A DNA stretch of 64,000 nt. It comes from Geosiphon pyriformis uo1 (Eukaryota > Fungi > Glomeromycota). The stretch spans positions 9,443 through 73,442 of the forward strand of contig JAAOMT010000484.1 of NCBI GenBank assembly GCA_016748015.1. Direction: 5' to 3'. This document shows, one piece after another, positions 13,136 through 27,383 of this stretch (its first letter is position 1; each line of letters starts with the position of its first letter). Under the pieces are notes generated by a model. The model was not told the DNA's origin, ran no database searches, and saw nothing but the letters and a program-made list of their open reading frames with translations. The position numbers and the translations under genes are program-made.

Positions 13136-16100
13136 AGTAAAATTTAATTGTTATCTAGTACATAGACCCAAACTAAATAGTTCAAACTAAATACAGTTTA
13201 TGCTTTTACTATATGTGACCAGCCATTCAGACCAGACAAAACAACATTATATATCTATATTAACAAATGTATTACCATCCAAACCAGAAAAAAAATGACA
13301 AATTTTTCTTTTACTAAAGCTAACAATAAAAAATTCTACAATACCAAGCATACAAACCACTCTATCTAATAACATAGACACCAAACAGAAGGACAATTCT
13401 AAAATTAAATTATCATTCCTAATCAACTCAGCCTTTTCTATATCCACTTTGTGCTTAGACCAAAAAAGTCACATCTTAGTGCAATACAGTTTTACTACAA
13501 ACTTAACATACTCAACAAGAATTAAAACAGCCTTTTCTATTTCATAAAAGACCAAAGCAGCTTTAGTATACCAATTTCTTAACACAAAATCTTTATATAT
13601 TGCAAAGTATAAACTCATAATCAAAGAACACATAAACAGCAAATACAAAACAGCAGAAGTAAATAAGCAAAAAAAACCAGTCAATGATATCTATCTATTA
13701 ATAGCCTTAATTAATATGTCCTCATAAAAACTGATATTATCAATACAGATAAAAATATGGTTGGACAACTTTAATTTTCTATACAGCAAACACAGCACTT
13801 CAAGATAATTTTTATTATATAATTTCTTCCTAACTGTTACTGACAATTGTTTATAAACTACTTTCATTAAATAAATATACAGATTAGTTAAAACTCTATT
13901 AATAGACTCAAAGAGCATATATAAGTTAGGATGCTAGACTTTTGCCATAGCAGTCCAATCTATCTCCTTAATTAAACTATTTAAAACTATTTTATAACCA
14001 GAACCAGTTTTCTAACAAGCATGACAAATTGACTGGTACAGATTATGAACAAAGTAATAAGTATTGTTAAACACAGCCATATTTTTAGCCACCAAAAACT
14101 GTTCCTAAACCCTATTTGGCAAAGAAAAAGAAGAAAAAGTGGCCTTACCAGTTAATACATCAGTCCTAATATTGCCCAAAATTCTTAAATTTCTTTTAAC
14201 TTTTACTTAATTAACCAAAATGTCTTTATCTCTAATAAGATTGGTTATATGCAATCTTTTTATACAACATTGATTGTAGAAGTCAAACACAGTATACAAA
14301 ACTTTAAATATACAAGTGTCAATTACAAATTGGCTGTCCAGATACAGAACCACATTACATGAAAATAAAACACACTCTAGAGCCAAAACAACAGCTTATA
14401 ACTTAACTAAAATAGGAAACAAAAGTCTTTTTACTCTAATTCCAATATCTATGTCTACTGCCAGAAAATAAACATTTGCTTTATATGCTATATCAGCAGA
14501 ACCAGCACTCTTTAAGAACTTATTTGTATAGACTTTAATACAACCTGACCAAATTTTTAGCAGACTACCATGTATTTCAAAAAATCTTTCTGATTTCAAG
14601 ATATTTAGCACAGATAATTTGAGAACAACAATAGATTCAACTCCCAAAAAAACATTTTTGCACATAAATTCGGATGCCAGTATAAACCAGTAAGAAACAG
14701 AGCCTTTTGAATTTAATCTCTTCTATTACTAAAATATTTTTCAGTCTATCATCTTTTTTTTCTTGTCCAAAAATTTGTTACCAAACACAATTCTAAACCA
14801 CTTTAAAGAAAGAACAGAATCATAATATAAGAATTGTCCTAAGATATTAGATATTAAAAACCTATTAGACTCTTGAAAAACACTGAATAAATTGTTTACC
14901 AAAGACAACTCATTTTCCAAAAAAATTTTTACTACACCAGCCAAAAAATTATTCACCAGACTAATACACAACTTGACAGAAAACTGTAAAGAATTCAAAG
15001 AGAACCATTCCAAAACTTATAAATCCAAAAACCTATGTTTAAATAAATGTCTAAAAATGCTATGAGTATTAGAAAAAAAAACCAGCAAAGCCAACTTCTC
15101 TTCAAGCTGTACTTGTTCAAAAGGTTTTAAACCATACAAAGAAAGATAATACAAAATTTTATTGGAAAAATTGCATAGCAAATCAGCCTTTATCTTAAAA
15201 CTTTTCTTGATTATAATATCTTACTTATAATATACACACAATGATATAAAACTAAACTGTGTCTAATAGCTAACTATAGACTACAAAACAGCTAAAACCA
15301 AATAAAAAAATGCCCAAGTATCTGTACAACTTATTCTTTTTAGCAATTAAAATCAGCAAATCATTAATCAATAGTGAGACAGTGTTAATATCTTGATTAA
15401 TAAAAATAACTACTGTTTTGTTATTATTAATCAAAATATTGTTGACATTAAAAAACTTACTAACAATATTTAAAATATATTGTATAAAAGCTTAACAATT
15501 CTTAATCCAAATCATGTTATCAACAAAAGCACCAGTAGTTAAAAAAGAAGTCTTTTTTCTAACAGCCTCAATTCTATCAGTCTTTACCACAAATTTAGTA
15601 TTAATATAGTATTTACACAAGTATTTATATTTTTTCACTTTACACAAAAGTGGATCATAAAAAATGCTCCAAAAGAGTAAAAAAAAAATCTCATTCTAGT
15701 CCAAACTATTATGTATTCTATAATTATCCAAGAGTCCAAAATTTGTTATTACTCTGTTGATTTAATCTTCATAAATACTGTCAAAAAACTTAATAAACTG
15801 GCTGCACATTTTAATACAGCACAAACTAGTTCTTAAATAATGCCAATCTACTGAATCATAAGCTTTGTACATGTCTTACAACACCAACCAAAGCTCTCTA
15901 TTCTTCTTTAAAGCATCCTTAACAACTAATCTAATAATGAAAATAGGAGATTAAATTGAAGTGTTCTTTAACACTAAAAAATTATCACTACAAAGAACAT
16001 TAAATTTACTGCATGCTAATAATATTTGATTAAAAAAAATCTTAGATAAAATTTTCTAGGCTGTCTTAATTAATACAATAAGCCTAGTATTTGTTAAAAC

Positions 16101-16920
16101 ACTATTCTATTTATAAGATTTTAAGATTATTGGAACTCACATTTTCTTTCAAGAATTTGGAACTACATCCAAAGTTAAACATAAATTTAATAGCTTTAAA
16201 AGACAAATCAACACCTTCTTATACAATGCTTTCAAAGTTTATTAAGTATCTCTAACAACTCAGTAGTCTTAATATTTAGCAAATTATTAACAACCAAAGA
16301 CAACTCCTCTATATTAATCTCTTTCATTACATCAGAAAAGACATTATTATCAACATAATCTAAAGACATATATTAACAAAACCACAAATTGGATATTTTT
16401 GGAAACATTGACCTCTTTTTTGTCTACCCTTTTATGATTTTATCTACCTTAATCTTTACCTTATTAGGCTCAATTACCAACTCATCTTTTATTACCAAGT
16501 GGTCCAAAACAATCTTGCAAAATGGATATTCCAAAATGCTATTTATTATCTATTTCTTGTTAGAACAAAAATTTTTTATTTAATAGTCAATTGCCTTTCT
16601 AATAGTTGTATTCTCAAATGTCTTAGACTTATAATACTTTAATTTTCAATATTTTTTCCTTACTAATAACAAATATTTGACCAGATTTATTGAATTTACA
16701 CTATCTAAAACTATGTTAGCAATCTTAAATGTCTTAACTTCATCAATAACCAACCAAGCCCCAATAAGACAGTCAAAATCCAGAAAATTCTCAAAATTCC
16801 AAACTTTTACAATTTTAGTAATGAGCAGTTTTAATTTGAAGAATTTTGAAGATTGTCTGTTTTTTAAACAATTATATACATTATATTATTGTTTAAAAAA
16901 CATCATATTAGCAGCTTGTA

Positions 16921-19891
16921 CCATAACTTGGTGCTTAATAGCTGATACAATAGGTATTATCTGAAGGTTTTGGTTTTGAGTTCTTTGTATAATAGACAAA
17001 GATTTGATAATTGTTTTTAGTAACCTCCTGGAATTACAATTCTGTCAATTTTTCTTTGGCTTGATGGCTGGCAATTCTCTGGTAAGTAATTCTTAGTTCA
17101 AATGTTTTATTCTCTTGTTTAGGGTCTTTTACCAGGCAATTCCTGATGTTAATAATTCAGTGCTTAATCCTTAATCAATTAGTACACAACAAAAAACAAC
17201 AAAAAAAAATAAAGAAAATAAAAAAAATGCAAAAAATAAAGCCAAGGCAATTAAATTAGTATTCCATCAATAGCCATAATCAAAAACTATTGTTCCAGTG
17301 TAGTTAAGTGTTAGATTTTATCAACATAAAATAGTGATAAATGGAAGAGTAATTAGATTTTCAAATAAATCACAATAACATAGATTTGAAGAATTGAAGA
17401 GATATTTTATTGATATAATTTCATTTCAGCTAATAGCAACTATCTTTAAAGAAAGAAGTATTTAATAATTATGATCTATGAGTTTAATGGACTTTGAGAG
17501 TCTAATTGACTAATTTTCTAGCTTTTAATATTACTGTTATATATACATAAATTTCATTGTACAAGATTCTTTAAATTTCTCAATTTTCTAGCCAGAAATT
17601 TTGGAATTTCTGGAATCCTGTAATTTCTCATACAAAAATTCTGTAATTCTGGAATCTTGCAATTCTTCTAAAAAAAATTTTGGAATTCTATTTTTATTAG
17701 CTAATTTATGTACTAATATATAATTTTTATATTTTATAAGTAACATTATTTTTTTCTTTAATATTAAGCACCTGCAAAATCTTCTAAATTTTTTTTTGTA
17801 TCAATGTTGTTGTTGTAATTTTTATTGCTATTTTTAAATCTAATTTTATATGTAACTGGGGTTTTTAATTATAGTGGTCTGTCCAAAATATCTAAGTTCA
17901 AATCTTGTATCTGTATTATGTGTATGTTCAAACATAATGCTCTCATTATTATTATTAAATTTAGTTAATTCTTGCTTCATTATAAGATTTAGAAGCATGA
18001 TATATTGTTCAGTGTTTGAAGTAGAATTTGAATTTGTTGTTGGTGGAGTTTGAATTATTATTGTTATTTAGCAGAGTTTGAATTGTTAAAATTATTAATA
18101 GAGTTTGAATTGTTGCTGTTATTAGTAGAGTTTGAATTGGGATTAAGTTTTAATTCCAATTTCCATTTGTTTTTGCTGATTGGTTCTTCTCTAAATATAT
18201 AACATATTAGAGTTGATTGTGATTACATTCCAATATTTTAACTCAAAGCCATTAGGTGAGTTTTGCTAATTTATTGGTACTGTAGAAATTAGGTTTTATT
18301 GGGCTATCAAAGATAGGTTTCCTTGTATAATCACAGGATTTGAAATTTATTAGACTTCAAATGTTCCAGTTTTTGAATAATTCTTAAAGTTTGAATTGCT
18401 AGAGATTTAATGAGTTTTATTAACAGTAAGTTTTTTGTATAATAGCAGAGTTAAAATTATTTGGTTTCAAATGTTTGAATTTTTAAACAATTAGGTCTTG
18501 AATAATCGGAGTTTTAACAAGTTTTAACAAGTTTATTAAAGGTAAGTTTCAAATGTTTGGGGTTTTAATGATCAGGTTTTAAATAATTGAAGTTTTAATT
18601 TAACAAGTTTTAACAAGTTTATCAATGGTAATTTTTGAATGTTTAGAGTTTTTTAACAATTGGATCTTAAATAATCAGAGTTTTAATTTTAACAAGTTTA
18701 TTAATAATAATTTTCAAATATTTGGGGTTTTAATGATTGGGTTTTGAATAATTAAAGTTTTAATTTAACAAGTTTTTAACAAATTTATCAAAGATAAGTT
18801 TCGAATGTTTGGGATTTCAATGCTTGGATTTTGAATAATCAGAGTTTTAATTTAATGAGTTTTTCAAAAGTAATAGTAAAATAAAAATTTCACGAATCCT
18901 AAGTAATTTTCCATTGTTTTCTTTTGGTCTGCCACTTTTCTGCATAGTTTTTGTTGGTACTGGTTTTCTGTTAGATTATACTTTACAAAGAGCACCAAAT
19001 ATTACAAGTGATTATTTGGGGTCTCAAATCAAATAACAAATCCATAACTTGGTACTTAATAGCTAATACAATGAGTATTATCTAAAGATTTTGGTGTTCT
19101 GAAGGTTTTGGTTTTGAGTTCTTTGTATAATAGACAAAAATTTGATAGTTGTTTCCAGTAGTCTTCTGAAATCACAATTCTATTAATTTTTTTTTCGGCT
19201 TGGTGGCCAGCAATCCTTTGATAAATAATTCTTAGTTCAAGTGTTTTATCCTCTTACTTGGGGTCTTTTACTAGGCAATTCCTGATGTTAGTAATTTAGT
19301 ACTTAATCTTTAATCAATTAGTATACAACAAAAAACAACAAAAAAAAATAAAGAAAATGCAGAAAATAAAGCCAAAGCAATTAAGTTAGTATCTTATTAA
19401 TAGCCATGATTAAGAGCTATTGTTCCAGTATGGTTAAGTGTTGGATTTTATCAACATGAAATAGTAATAAATAGAAGAGTAATTAGATTTTCAAATAAAT
19501 GACAATAACATGGATTTGAAGAATTGAAGAGATATTTTATTGATATAATTCTATTTTGGTTGATAGCAATTATCTTTGAAAGAAAAAGTATTTAATAATT
19601 ATGACCTGCAAGTCTAATTGACTCTAGAAGTCTAATTGACTAATTTTCTAGCTTTTGATATTACTGCTATATATACATAAATTTTATTGTATAAGATTCC
19701 TTGAATTCTTCAATTTTTTAGCCAGAAATTCTAGAAATTCTAGAATCTTGTAATTCCTCATATAAGAATCCTGTAATTCTGCAATTCTGCAATTCCTCTG
19801 AGAAAAATTCTGGAATTCTATTTTTATTACATTTATTTCTGATTGGCTAATTTATGTACTAATATATAATTCCTATATTCTATAAGTAACA
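16921..19891 (-). mobile_element. Non-autonomous LTR element (family C): 5' LTR 19000-19891, internal region about 1.25 kb, 3' LTR 16921-17745 (end truncated)
   Basis: Direct repeats of about 0.85 kb beginning TGTTAC on the minus strand. PBS-like TTTGGTGCTCT at 18989-18999 and a purine tract next to 17745. No RT or integrase is detectable inside. Confidence 0.85.
18490..18860. repeat. Minisatellite, about 5 degenerate units of roughly 77-87 bp
   Basis: ggNNttRaataatYRRagtttt recurs at about 18495, 18575, 18662, 18739 and 18826. Confidence 0.8.
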
Positions 19892-22697
19892 ATATTACTA
19901 ACAACTCAGCAGAAAACTGCTCCTTAAAACATAACTATAAGACTTTATTTGTATTCTTTAACTTGAATTTCTACTGGTTCTAATTGGCCAGTTTGCAAGT
20001 GTTGACAAGATAAGTATTCAGAAGACTACTCAAATCAATTATGACTAAAACCATCTTATGATTTGTATTAAAAAACTTTAATACATAATTAATTTTATAG
20101 TATGCAATTACAAACACCAGGTTTTTATTTACAAAAACAAAATCCAGTACTTTCTTAACATCTTTAAAATTGCACCAAATAGAAGCTTTGGCTAATAAAA
20201 GTATTAACTAAATCCAAATCTAAGCAGAACTTGAAACTTGTATTCTTTTTAGAAGCATTTTTATTAAAGTCACCACTTAATACTATAAAGAAGATAAAAT
20301 TAACTGCTCTAAAAATCATAGTATTAATATTAAAAGCTTGGCCAAAACACATACCAGTAGATGCACCAGCATACAGATCTAATATTATAATCAAAAGCTT
20401 GTTTTTAAACAAAAAACATACAAAAATCAACTAATTCAGAATTTTATCCACCTTAAAAACATGTTAAACTAAAGAATTGTTCATAATTATAGCAATCTTT
20501 GTATTAAAAAAACTCACATTCAAACCAGAAGTAAAAATCTACATCTTATTAAACTTATTCATAATTCATGGCTTAATGTTAACCCTTAATTTTATTTCAA
20601 TAATAATTAAAACTATATTATCTAAATTCTTATGCTATCAAACAACATTCAATATTGATGTCTCAAACATTGCATGTAGCAAATTTTCACACTAGATCTG
20701 TTATTGAAAAGAAAAACCAATTCTACCCAAATCTGTATTGTCTATTTTGGTTATTAGGCCCATAACTATGTTTAATAAATTGTTTAAAGTCTCTTTCAAT
20801 TTTAAAACAACTAAAGAATCAAAACCAATTACTTCTGCAATAGTCTTAACACTAGTGATTATACTTAAACTCTCACTCATTACTATATTTGTTTTTTAAT
20901 TCTGTAATGAAAGAGTTACCAATGGCTGACATCCAGAGCTAGGCTAAAAAACCATTTGCCCAAGTAAGTTCAACTTTTTAGCCAGCTTAGCAATTTGCTT
21001 TGTAAAACTGTTGAGACTGTACTTAAAAGCAGCAAATTTACCATCTAATTTCACAAACACCAGTAGAATAAGTTTTATCTCCAAAGAGGAACCAGAACCA
21101 ACAAAACCATTATATGCAAGAAAAAGAGAGAAAAAAAACCCACCAACAATTTTGGTCCAAGAGATACCACCAAAAGAAACAGGATAAGCAATTGATACTA
21201 AACATTTAGTATAAATAAATGCCAGCCTGCTTTTATCTTCTTCTAAAAATATTCTATGAGATAAATCACTGGGAGAATTTTTTTCATCCATAGAACAGTC
21301 TAATAATATATGACCAAATTTTTTATATTTAGCACACTTGGCAGAATTCAGATGTAATCAGCACAGATTAATGTCTCTAAGCACTAGTGTGATTCTCACA
21401 ATTGCATCCAATAATTCAGCAAAGTTAAAGCAAACAGTAGCATATTTGGCTTAGATATATAAAACTGAATAATAATTAATAATACATGTTTTTTTATCAA
21501 CAGAACCAATAAAGTCTCATATGTTGTGAGTATTAGTTTCCATTAGTAGAGTATAGAACAGTATTCTATGACAATCTTTAGTGTTTCATAATATCTTGTT
21601 CAAATCAGTCTTGACAATCTGCATAGCATCTATCCTAATTAAGACAGATCATTTAACTATAACAAATTGGCATAATCTGAATGCTCAAATTCTATTATAG
21701 TCTTTTGCCACAGCTTTACCAATTGTATGTTGATCAACTTAATTACTCCAAACTCAGATACCATAGTATATACAGCCTCAGCTAACATTCTAATTGAGAT
21801 TTTCTTTATAATTACAGCCTAATCTAAATGCTTAGCAGATTTTTTAAGATCAGTATTTACTGTAATTTTTGTATTCTTTGTCATATCAGATGTTTGGGCT
21901 AAGCTTGATTTAGAAGTAAATGTTGTTCTGATAATTCCAACAAATTTTGAAAAAGTAGAAGCCTTTTCAAAACTATTGATTTTTGAAATAATTTTCTAAT
22001 TAACACCAGTTTTTTTTTAAGAGGATTTTTCAACCACTTTATCCAAACCAATATTCAAAGTAAACAATTTTCTAACAGAAATGTTGACCAAATTCTTCAA
22101 AAAAGGGAGAAGTGTTAAAAGAGCATTCAACAAAATATTATTATTATTATTACCATTACTCAAAAAGTTGATTTTCCTTAATGGCTTTCCTAAAACTTTT
22201 TTAGTTTTAATGCACGAACTTTTAAGTGTCTGGTCAGTATTTTTACTCTCCAAAGAGGCCCCATTACTATAGTCAAAACTTATTTCTTCAATCAAACACT
22301 TTTTTTCTATATTAATATTATCAAATTTGGTAGTATTATTAGCTTTTGACTCCTAAGAATAACTACTAAAACTTTTCATAGAAATTTTTTTAGCCCTAAT
22401 ACTATTTTCCAAGATATTACTCTTTAATTAATTTTATTATTATATAATTCTGTTTTATTTTGTTATTTATTAGCTTGTTATTTTAATCTATATCAATAAA
22501 AAAAAATTTTTTTTTTGAAATTTAATTATAATAGTATTGGTTTTTTTTTGGTTTAATAATTGTTTATTTTATTAACACATTTAATGAGTGTAGCCCAATT
22601 GCTATCTAGTACATAGAACCAAACTAAGAGGCTCAAACTAAACGCGACTCACGCACTTTCTACATGTGGCTAGCCACTCAGACCAGACAAGGCAACA

Positions 22698-25600
22698 CTA
22701 CACATCTATAATCACCTGCACACTGCCATTCAGACCAGAAAAGAAACAACAAGGCTTCCGACGACCAAAGCTAACAGCAAAGGAATTGGCCACACCAAGC
22801 AATCTCACAACACCATCAGACAAAACTGAAGACATACCACAAGGGAGCCCAGAAACAACACCAATGTCACAAACCAGACCAGCCTTCTCCATCACCACCC
22901 GGTGGTTGGCCCTAGTCAACCATACTTTAGCACGATGTAACCCAACTACAAACCTGACATAATCAACAATCCGAGCAGTGGTCACCTTTCTATCCTCAAA
23001 AATACCACAAGCCTCTTCATACCACTCTTCCAGCACAAACCCTTTGCACACTAAAGTGTATAGCCCAACATCAATGACACATTGAGACAAAACTCGCAGC
23101 ACAGCAGAAGCAGGGGAACCACCAGCCAAAGCTAACCAATAGGCAGAAGCCTCTGCCAAAATCTTACCACGGATGCCAGACTCATGAACACAAGTGAAAG
23201 TGTGGTCAGAGAACTCCACCTCACCACAAAACAAACACAATACACTAGGGTAGCACTTATCATACAACCTCTTCCTTACCACCACCAGCAACCTCCTGTG
23301 CACAGCCTTCATAACATAAGTGCAAAGCGTTGAGGATGCATGGCTAGTGAACCCAGCAAGCATATGAGAATCAGGATGCCACACCTTTGCCATGACAACC
23401 CAGTTTATGCAACCAATCATCGCATCCAGAACCACGTCACAACCAGGTCCAGCTTTCCAACAAGCACAACAAATTGATTGAAAAATATTTCTGACAAAAT
23501 GACGGGCATTACCAGAAACAGCGATACTCTTAGCAACTAAAAAATGTTCACACACATTAGCACAAAGGGAAAAGAGAGACCCAGAGGCAGCCCCAGCAGC
23601 CAAGTCAGCTTTCACATTACCAGAAATTCCAGAGTGTTCTTTTATCTTAACCCAACTCACACTAAGATCCTTATCCCTGACCAAATTGAAAATATAACGC
23701 CTTTCCAGCCAGCATTGATTACGGAAATCAGGAGCAGCCAAAGACATCTCAGACACACATGTATCAATGGCAGCCTGGCTGTCAAGATGTAACACCACAG
23801 TATTTAAAGAAGGAACACACTCCAAAGCCAAAGCGACAGCCTGTAATTTGGCCATAGTAGATGACAAAAGGCCATGAACAGCGACACCAATGCTCTTATC
23901 CAAGACCGGAAAGTATGCAGCAGCACCACAGGCGACCTCAGCAGAGCCTGCATTCCTCAAAGACCCATTTGTAAAAACTTCAAAAAAGCCCGACCAAATG
24001 TCATGCACTCCATCTTTCACCACAGAAAATTCCTCAGACCCCAAAATGTCCAAACCAAGCTTCTCTGCAGAGCCAATAGAACCAGAACATGAGTAACCCA
24101 GACCCTTTAAAAACTCAGAAGAAACCATGAACCAGTGAGGCACAGGGCCACGCAGATCTAACCTTTTCCAATAACAAAAAGTTTTCCAATCCAACAAAAT
24201 GTTATTCTTATCAAAAAGCCGATCACCAAAAGCGACACCAAAATATTTAAGAGATTTGACCGAATCAAAATACAGAGACTTTCCAAGAACAGAGGACAAC
24301 GGAAACCGACCAGGACTACAAAATGCAGTGGGGAGGTTGTTCACTAAAGCAAGTTTATTGCCCAGAAAGATCTTCACCATCCCAGCCAAAAAATTGTTCA
24401 CCGGACTAACATGCAACCTGACCGGAAACTGCAAAGAATTCAAAGGAGCCCAACCAAGAACCTGCAGGTCCAAAAACCTATGTCTAAACAAATACCCAAG
24501 AATACCAATGGCATTAGAGAACACCATCAAAGCAGCAATCTTTCCTTCTGACTGCACCTGCTCAAAAGGCTTTAGGCCATACAATGAGGGATGATGCAAA
24601 GCAGTGTTAGAAAAATCACGGGGGAGACAAGCCTTGGACCTGAGACTCTTTCTAACCAAGGCATTCCACTTGCGACAAACATTAGATGAGACAAAACTGA
24701 ACTGAACACGATAGCTAACAATAGGCTGCAAAACAGCCGACACCAGATAGGAGAATTGTTTGTCCATAATAGCCTTCCTAAGTACAATATTGACAAAGAA
24801 ACGTACATCCACATGAGCCTTGGCAACACTTGGCTTGGAGAGCCCTTCAGTTAACAGAAAAATACCCAGATATTGATGTGCTTCCCCTCTCTTGGCAATA
24901 GAAATTGGCTGATCACAAATGTTCAGTAAAGCAACTTTAATGCCTTGATTGATGGGAATAGCTACCGTCTTCTTACTATTGATAGAAATATCATTGATCA
25001 CAAAAAATTCACTGGCAATGTTTAGAGCATATTGAGTAGAAGCTTGACAATTTCCAACCCAAATCGTATCATCAACAAATGCACCAGCCGAAAAATATGA
25101 TGTCAAACCACCACCGCTCTCAATTCTGCCAGATTTTGAAACAAACTTAATATCAATCCAGTACCCACACAATTGTTTATGCCTCTTAACCTCACACAAA
25201 AGCGGATCATAAAAAATCCTCCAAAGAAGTGGTGAAAAGACCTCACCCTGATCCAGCCCATCATGCACCTTATAACTACCAGACAAACCAAAGTCAGTCA
25301 TCACCCTATTAACTCTATCCTCATGAATACCACCAAAAAATCTTATGAACCTCTTACACATCTTGACACGCCGCAAACTAGCTCTTAAATGATGCCACCC
25401 AACCGAATTGTAAGCTTTCCGCATATCTTGCAAGACCAACCATAACTCCCTATCCTTCTCAATGGCATCCTCAATCACCGAACCGACAGCAAACACCAGA
25501 GATTGTGTTGATGTATTCTTCAGCACCGAAAAGTTGTCACCCTGAAGAACATTGAACTTGCTACAAGCCATTGAAATATGATCAGACAGAATCTTGGAAA

Positions 25601-27383
25601 GAATCTTCCTGGCAGTCTCAATCAAAGCAATGGGCCGAGTGTTCGTAAAGATTCCATCCCAGTCATAAGGCTTAGGAATCATTGACACCCAAGCTCTCTT
25701 TCACAAAACAGGCACCACACCAATAGACAAACATTTATTAAACAGCGCCAACAGACACCCCAAAACCACCTCACCGCCATGTTTCCACAACTCATTAGAA
25801 ACACCAGACATACCAGCAGCCTTGCCATTAGAAAGACTACCAACAACAGAAAGTAATTCGCCCATACTGATTGCACTCATAACATCCGAAAAAGCATCAT
25901 CCCAAACATGGTCCAAAGGCGCATACTGACGAGCCCAAAGACCAGAAAGCACTGACTGCACAGAGCGTTTCTTTATCTATCCCTCCATTATTCTATCTAC
26001 ACTGAACTTCACCTCTTCAGGCAACAAAACCAGATCATCATCAACTATCAAGTGATTCAACACAACCTTGCGAAAAGACTTTTCCAATACACTTCTGATC
26101 ATACTACCCTTATCTGAACAGAAATTATCCATGCACTTCTCAATCGCCTTCCTAACTGAAGCTTCCTTAGCCAACCTTGACTCAAACATTTTCGACCTCC
26201 TGTACTCCCTGCAAACCAATGACAAATGCCTAACAATAACATCAGATTTAACGTCTGAGCCAACCAAGTCCTTGAAAACACGAGCCTTTGCGTTATCCAG
26301 AGTTGACCATTTACTCACAAGACAATTAGCACCCAGCAAGTCACCAGAGCAAAATTTCTTTACAATCTTGGTCACCAACAATTCCAGACCAAAAAACCTA
26401 GAAGAATGTTTGTTCCTCGAACACTTGAATTCACTAAACCAATGCTTTGAAAACGTTACATCAGCAGAATCCACTACAGCCCCCACCAAAACTGCTCACA
26501 TAGCGTCCACATCACCACGTATTTCGGCACCAGAGAACACCTCACCCAAAGACAAAAGTTTAGCTGATGAGATATCCTTAAACTTAGCCCATCCAACACA
26601 GTTAGCATTCTTGATTTTGAACTTCCAATGATCTTTATTTGTCTGCTTGCGCAAACTATTCAATTGTATATCTAGAAGCCCACCCAAACTGACTGAAACC
26701 ACAACTGCCTTGTAATCGGTGTTAAAGAAATCTAAAACAGAGACAACTTGATGACCAGCAACAGCAGAAGACAAATTACCACCAACAAAGATGTAATCAA
26801 TCATTTTCCCAACTCTTCTCGAATTGCTCTACATATAAGAATTAGCCAAATGATCACCAACAAATGAATTGACCAAATCCAAACTCAAACAAAACTTGAA
26901 ACTAGCACTTCTACTAGATCCATTCTCATTAAAGTCCCCACTCAAGATAACAAAATTGCTGGAGTTGACTGCCTTTGCAATGAGAGAGTTAACTTCAAAA
27001 GCCTGACCAAATCTAGCCCCAGGAGAGGCACCAGCATACAACCCCAAAACAGTAACCGAGAGCTTGCCCTTAAACAGGAGCTGAACAGAAATAACCTGAC
27101 CAGGAATCTCCTCCACCTTAGATACATGACAGGCCAAAGAAATGTTCATAACAATTGCAACCCCAGCACCCATAAAACTCTTATTCAAGCCAGAAGAAAA
27201 TATTTGCACTCCATCAAATTTGTTCTTTATCCATGGCCCAGAAGAGAACCTTAACTTAGTCTCAGTAATAAAAGAAACCATATTCCCCGAGTTTACATGC
27301 CAACAAACAACATCTGCTTGCTTCGCAGGAACATTGATACTCTGAACATTGCACGTAGCAAATTTCCAAACCAAACTACTCAT
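22698..27383 (-). pseudogene. LINE ORF2: AP endonuclease - reverse transcriptase - RNase H - C-terminal Cys/His motif; four internal stops
   Basis: Five ORF-track pieces share one frame. APE: TCNV.SIN, ETKL, GDFN, IDYIF. RT: RPIALIE, QDMRKAY, GLDQGEVFSPLLW, FVDD, YLG. RNase H: VFT(N)GS, LDSQ, WVKIK.HSG..GN..AD. C-terminus CLFCGEVEFSDHTFTC. Confidence 0.95.

Larger units (their letters stand above)
13140..22420 (-). mobile_element. Decayed near-full-length LINE (ORF1 plus APE-RT-RNase H), interrupted by an LTR element at 16921-19891
   Basis: Colinear with the LINE at 22540-29460 from the 3' UTR through RT, APE (LYAGAS, SGDFN in the 20164-20430 ORF) and ORF1 (PVSFGG.SW in 20944-21291). It has many stops, and differences are dominated by C>T/G>A. 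Confidence 0.92.

Noticed and set aside
22640-22690. Hammerhead ribozyme in the LINE 3' UTR (CUGAG...hairpin...GAAA)
   Set aside because: The core lacks the required CUGAnGA spacing, and stems I and III could not be built by eye.
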